Source: Zygophlyctis sp. KS116 (taxonomy: Eukaryota > Fungi > Chytridiomycota). From it: DNA of 9,603 nt. Location: contig BAAFSQ010000346.1 of assembly GCA_054661495.1 (NCBI GenBank), forward strand, positions 1 through 9,603. The letters run 5' to 3'. The notes beneath the pieces were generated by a model that saw only the letters and a list, made by a program, of their open reading frames with translations, was not told the DNA's origin and made no database searches. Position numbers and translations under genes: made by a program. Every line of letters starts with the position of its first letter. Position 1 is the stretch's first letter. This document shows, piece after piece, positions 8,104 to 9,603 of the stretch.

Positions 8104-8289
8104 CTATTTCTAAACGATCGATATTTATTTCTCTTCAATAAATTAGATATCATCCGAGTATATTTTTATCGACAACTTTAATATCTGGCATTGTTATACT
8201 GTCTGCTAAAGGTACTACTTTTAAGATAGCTATAACTTAGATTATCGAGTTATTTAGGTAACTGGTAACAACACGTGCATATTATCCGA
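8104..8289. promoter_or_regulatory. Putative bidirectional promoter region (186 nt) between the kinase and GH88
   Basis: Divergent ATGs at 8103 (-) and 8290 (+). Contains TATCGA three times and CACGTG at 8272-8277. Positional inference only. Confidence 0.5.
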
Positions 8290-9558
8290 ATGAAAACATT
8301 TCTTATCATTTATCTAGCATTTGAATGCTGCTTTGTAAACGCCATAAACTATACTAGATTAGGAGAGTTTGCAGGCCTTAAAAAGGAATCGCCTGCTGAT
8401 ATACAGGAATTCATAATACGAGTGTTTGAAATTGCAGATACACGCTATAATCGGACAAACTTGTTTGATTTCCCTCATTATTCAGTTGAAAATGGCGCCG
8501 ATTGGCTCATGGTTCCTGCAGATAAATGGATTGTTGGATTTTTACCAGGTAATACACAATCATATCATTCAAGGAATTTATTGGAAATTGTTTACAAAGA
8601 CAAAGTCTCCAACTTTTCAGAATCTTGCCTTCAAATCCCAAGAGCGATTTAAATTCAGACAATTTGATATAAATACGCATGATGTTGGATTTACAATGAT
8701 CAATTCTTACTATTTAACTTTACAACTGAATGCATATAAATCTGCTCAGCAAAAGGTTGAATATGAAAAAATAATTGTAAATTCAGCGAAATCACTAGCT
8801 TCAAGATTTAATTGGTTAGTAGGATGTACTAGATCGTGGAATAATGATGGGACAACTGGTTTCAGAGTTATTATTGATAACATGATGAATATTGAACTTT
8901 TAATTATTGCATCTAAACTTGCTGGTGGTGATAGCAGTTGGTTTCAAATGGCAGTTTCGCATGCTGATATGACCATGAAGAATCATATTCGAAGTGATGG
9001 ATCAACTTATCAGTTGGTCATATATGACGAGAATGGTGGGGCAGTGATCCAAAAGACAACAACCCAAGGCTATGCCCCTGATTCTACTTGGACAAGAGGA
9101 CAAGCATGGTAAGACTATATTCTAAAATTAGGGGTATATATGGTTTCGCCAAAATGTACTTTCATACTAATGATCCTAAATACTTGGAAACATCCTTAAA
9201 GTTACTTGAATATTATTTTTCAAGGCTTCCGTTTAATCATTATATTCCTAAATGGGATTTTTCAGCTCCAGGAACAGGTCTTGATCTAACTAATCAAGAT
9301 ACTAGTGCTGCAATGATCATTGCTTCTGCATTATCAGATTTGGCAAAGTATACTTTGAATCCAGTTTTTAGAAAGCTTAGTATAAATACTTATTGGTATC
9401 TATTTAATCGGACGCAAGATTATATCCCGGACTCTCCAGATGTGAAGCTTGCTGGAGTATTACAGCATGGTACCAGTAATGCACCTAAAAATCTGGTTGA
9501 TCATGCTTTAGTGTATGGGGATTTCTATCTTTTGGAAGGATTATTAAAGCTGTATTAA
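8290..9558 (+). CDS. Secreted glycoside hydrolase family 88 (unsaturated glucuronyl hydrolase-like), about 406 aa, 3 exons
   Basis: Exons 8290-8548, 8574-9108 and 9132-9558, with introns of 25 and 23 nt. Signal-peptide-like start MKTFLIIYLAFECCFVNA. GH88 motifs WIVGFLP|GIYW, THDVGF, RSW, VIIDNMMNIELL, RSDGSTY, QGY..STWTRGQAW|GIYGF, PKWDF, DTSAAMI, YGDFYLLEGL. Confidence 0.94.
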
Positions 9559-9603
9559 AAAATGATATTTTATATCGTCAAGGAATTGTTCGGACAATCT
9601 TGA

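Noticed and set aside
8275-9558. Three overlapping GH88 ORFs as programmed frameshifts; GTG start at 8275
   Set aside because: Introns 8549-8573 and 9109-9131 explain the frame changes. ATG 8290 gives a clean signal peptide.
1-9603. Functional gene cluster linking all five genes
   Set aside because: Nothing beyond adjacency in a compact genome. VPS15, the NDR kinase and GH88 belong to unrelated pathways.

Overview
A compact, AT-rich eukaryotic window, most likely from an early-diverging fungus such as a chytrid (inferred from protein content and intron size). The fragmented ORF track is explained by 23 very short GT-AG introns (23-33 nt, mean about 27). Five genes resolve. (1-2) Two apparently intronless tandem genes share four gap-free copies of a 42-aa 'DFG[KR]YxGxxYxW...PxYCxW...WL' module. 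ORF1 also has an Stc1-like zinc finger, a putative NLS and SIM-like motifs, and a decayed fifth module copy lies between the two genes. (3) A complete VPS15/PIK3R4 gene (1832-6620, 19 introns, about 1420 aa). (4) A convergent Dbf2/Sid2-type NDR kinase (8103-6631) with a collapsed Mob-binding region and a natural phosphomimetic hydrophobic motif (FINFDY). (5) A secreted GH88 unsaturated glucuronyl hydrolase (8290-9558). The main novelty candidates are the Stc1-finger/FGKY-repeat gene pair, the potentially self-activating NDR kinase, and the micro-intron system with many 3n, stop-free and AAG-acceptor introns.
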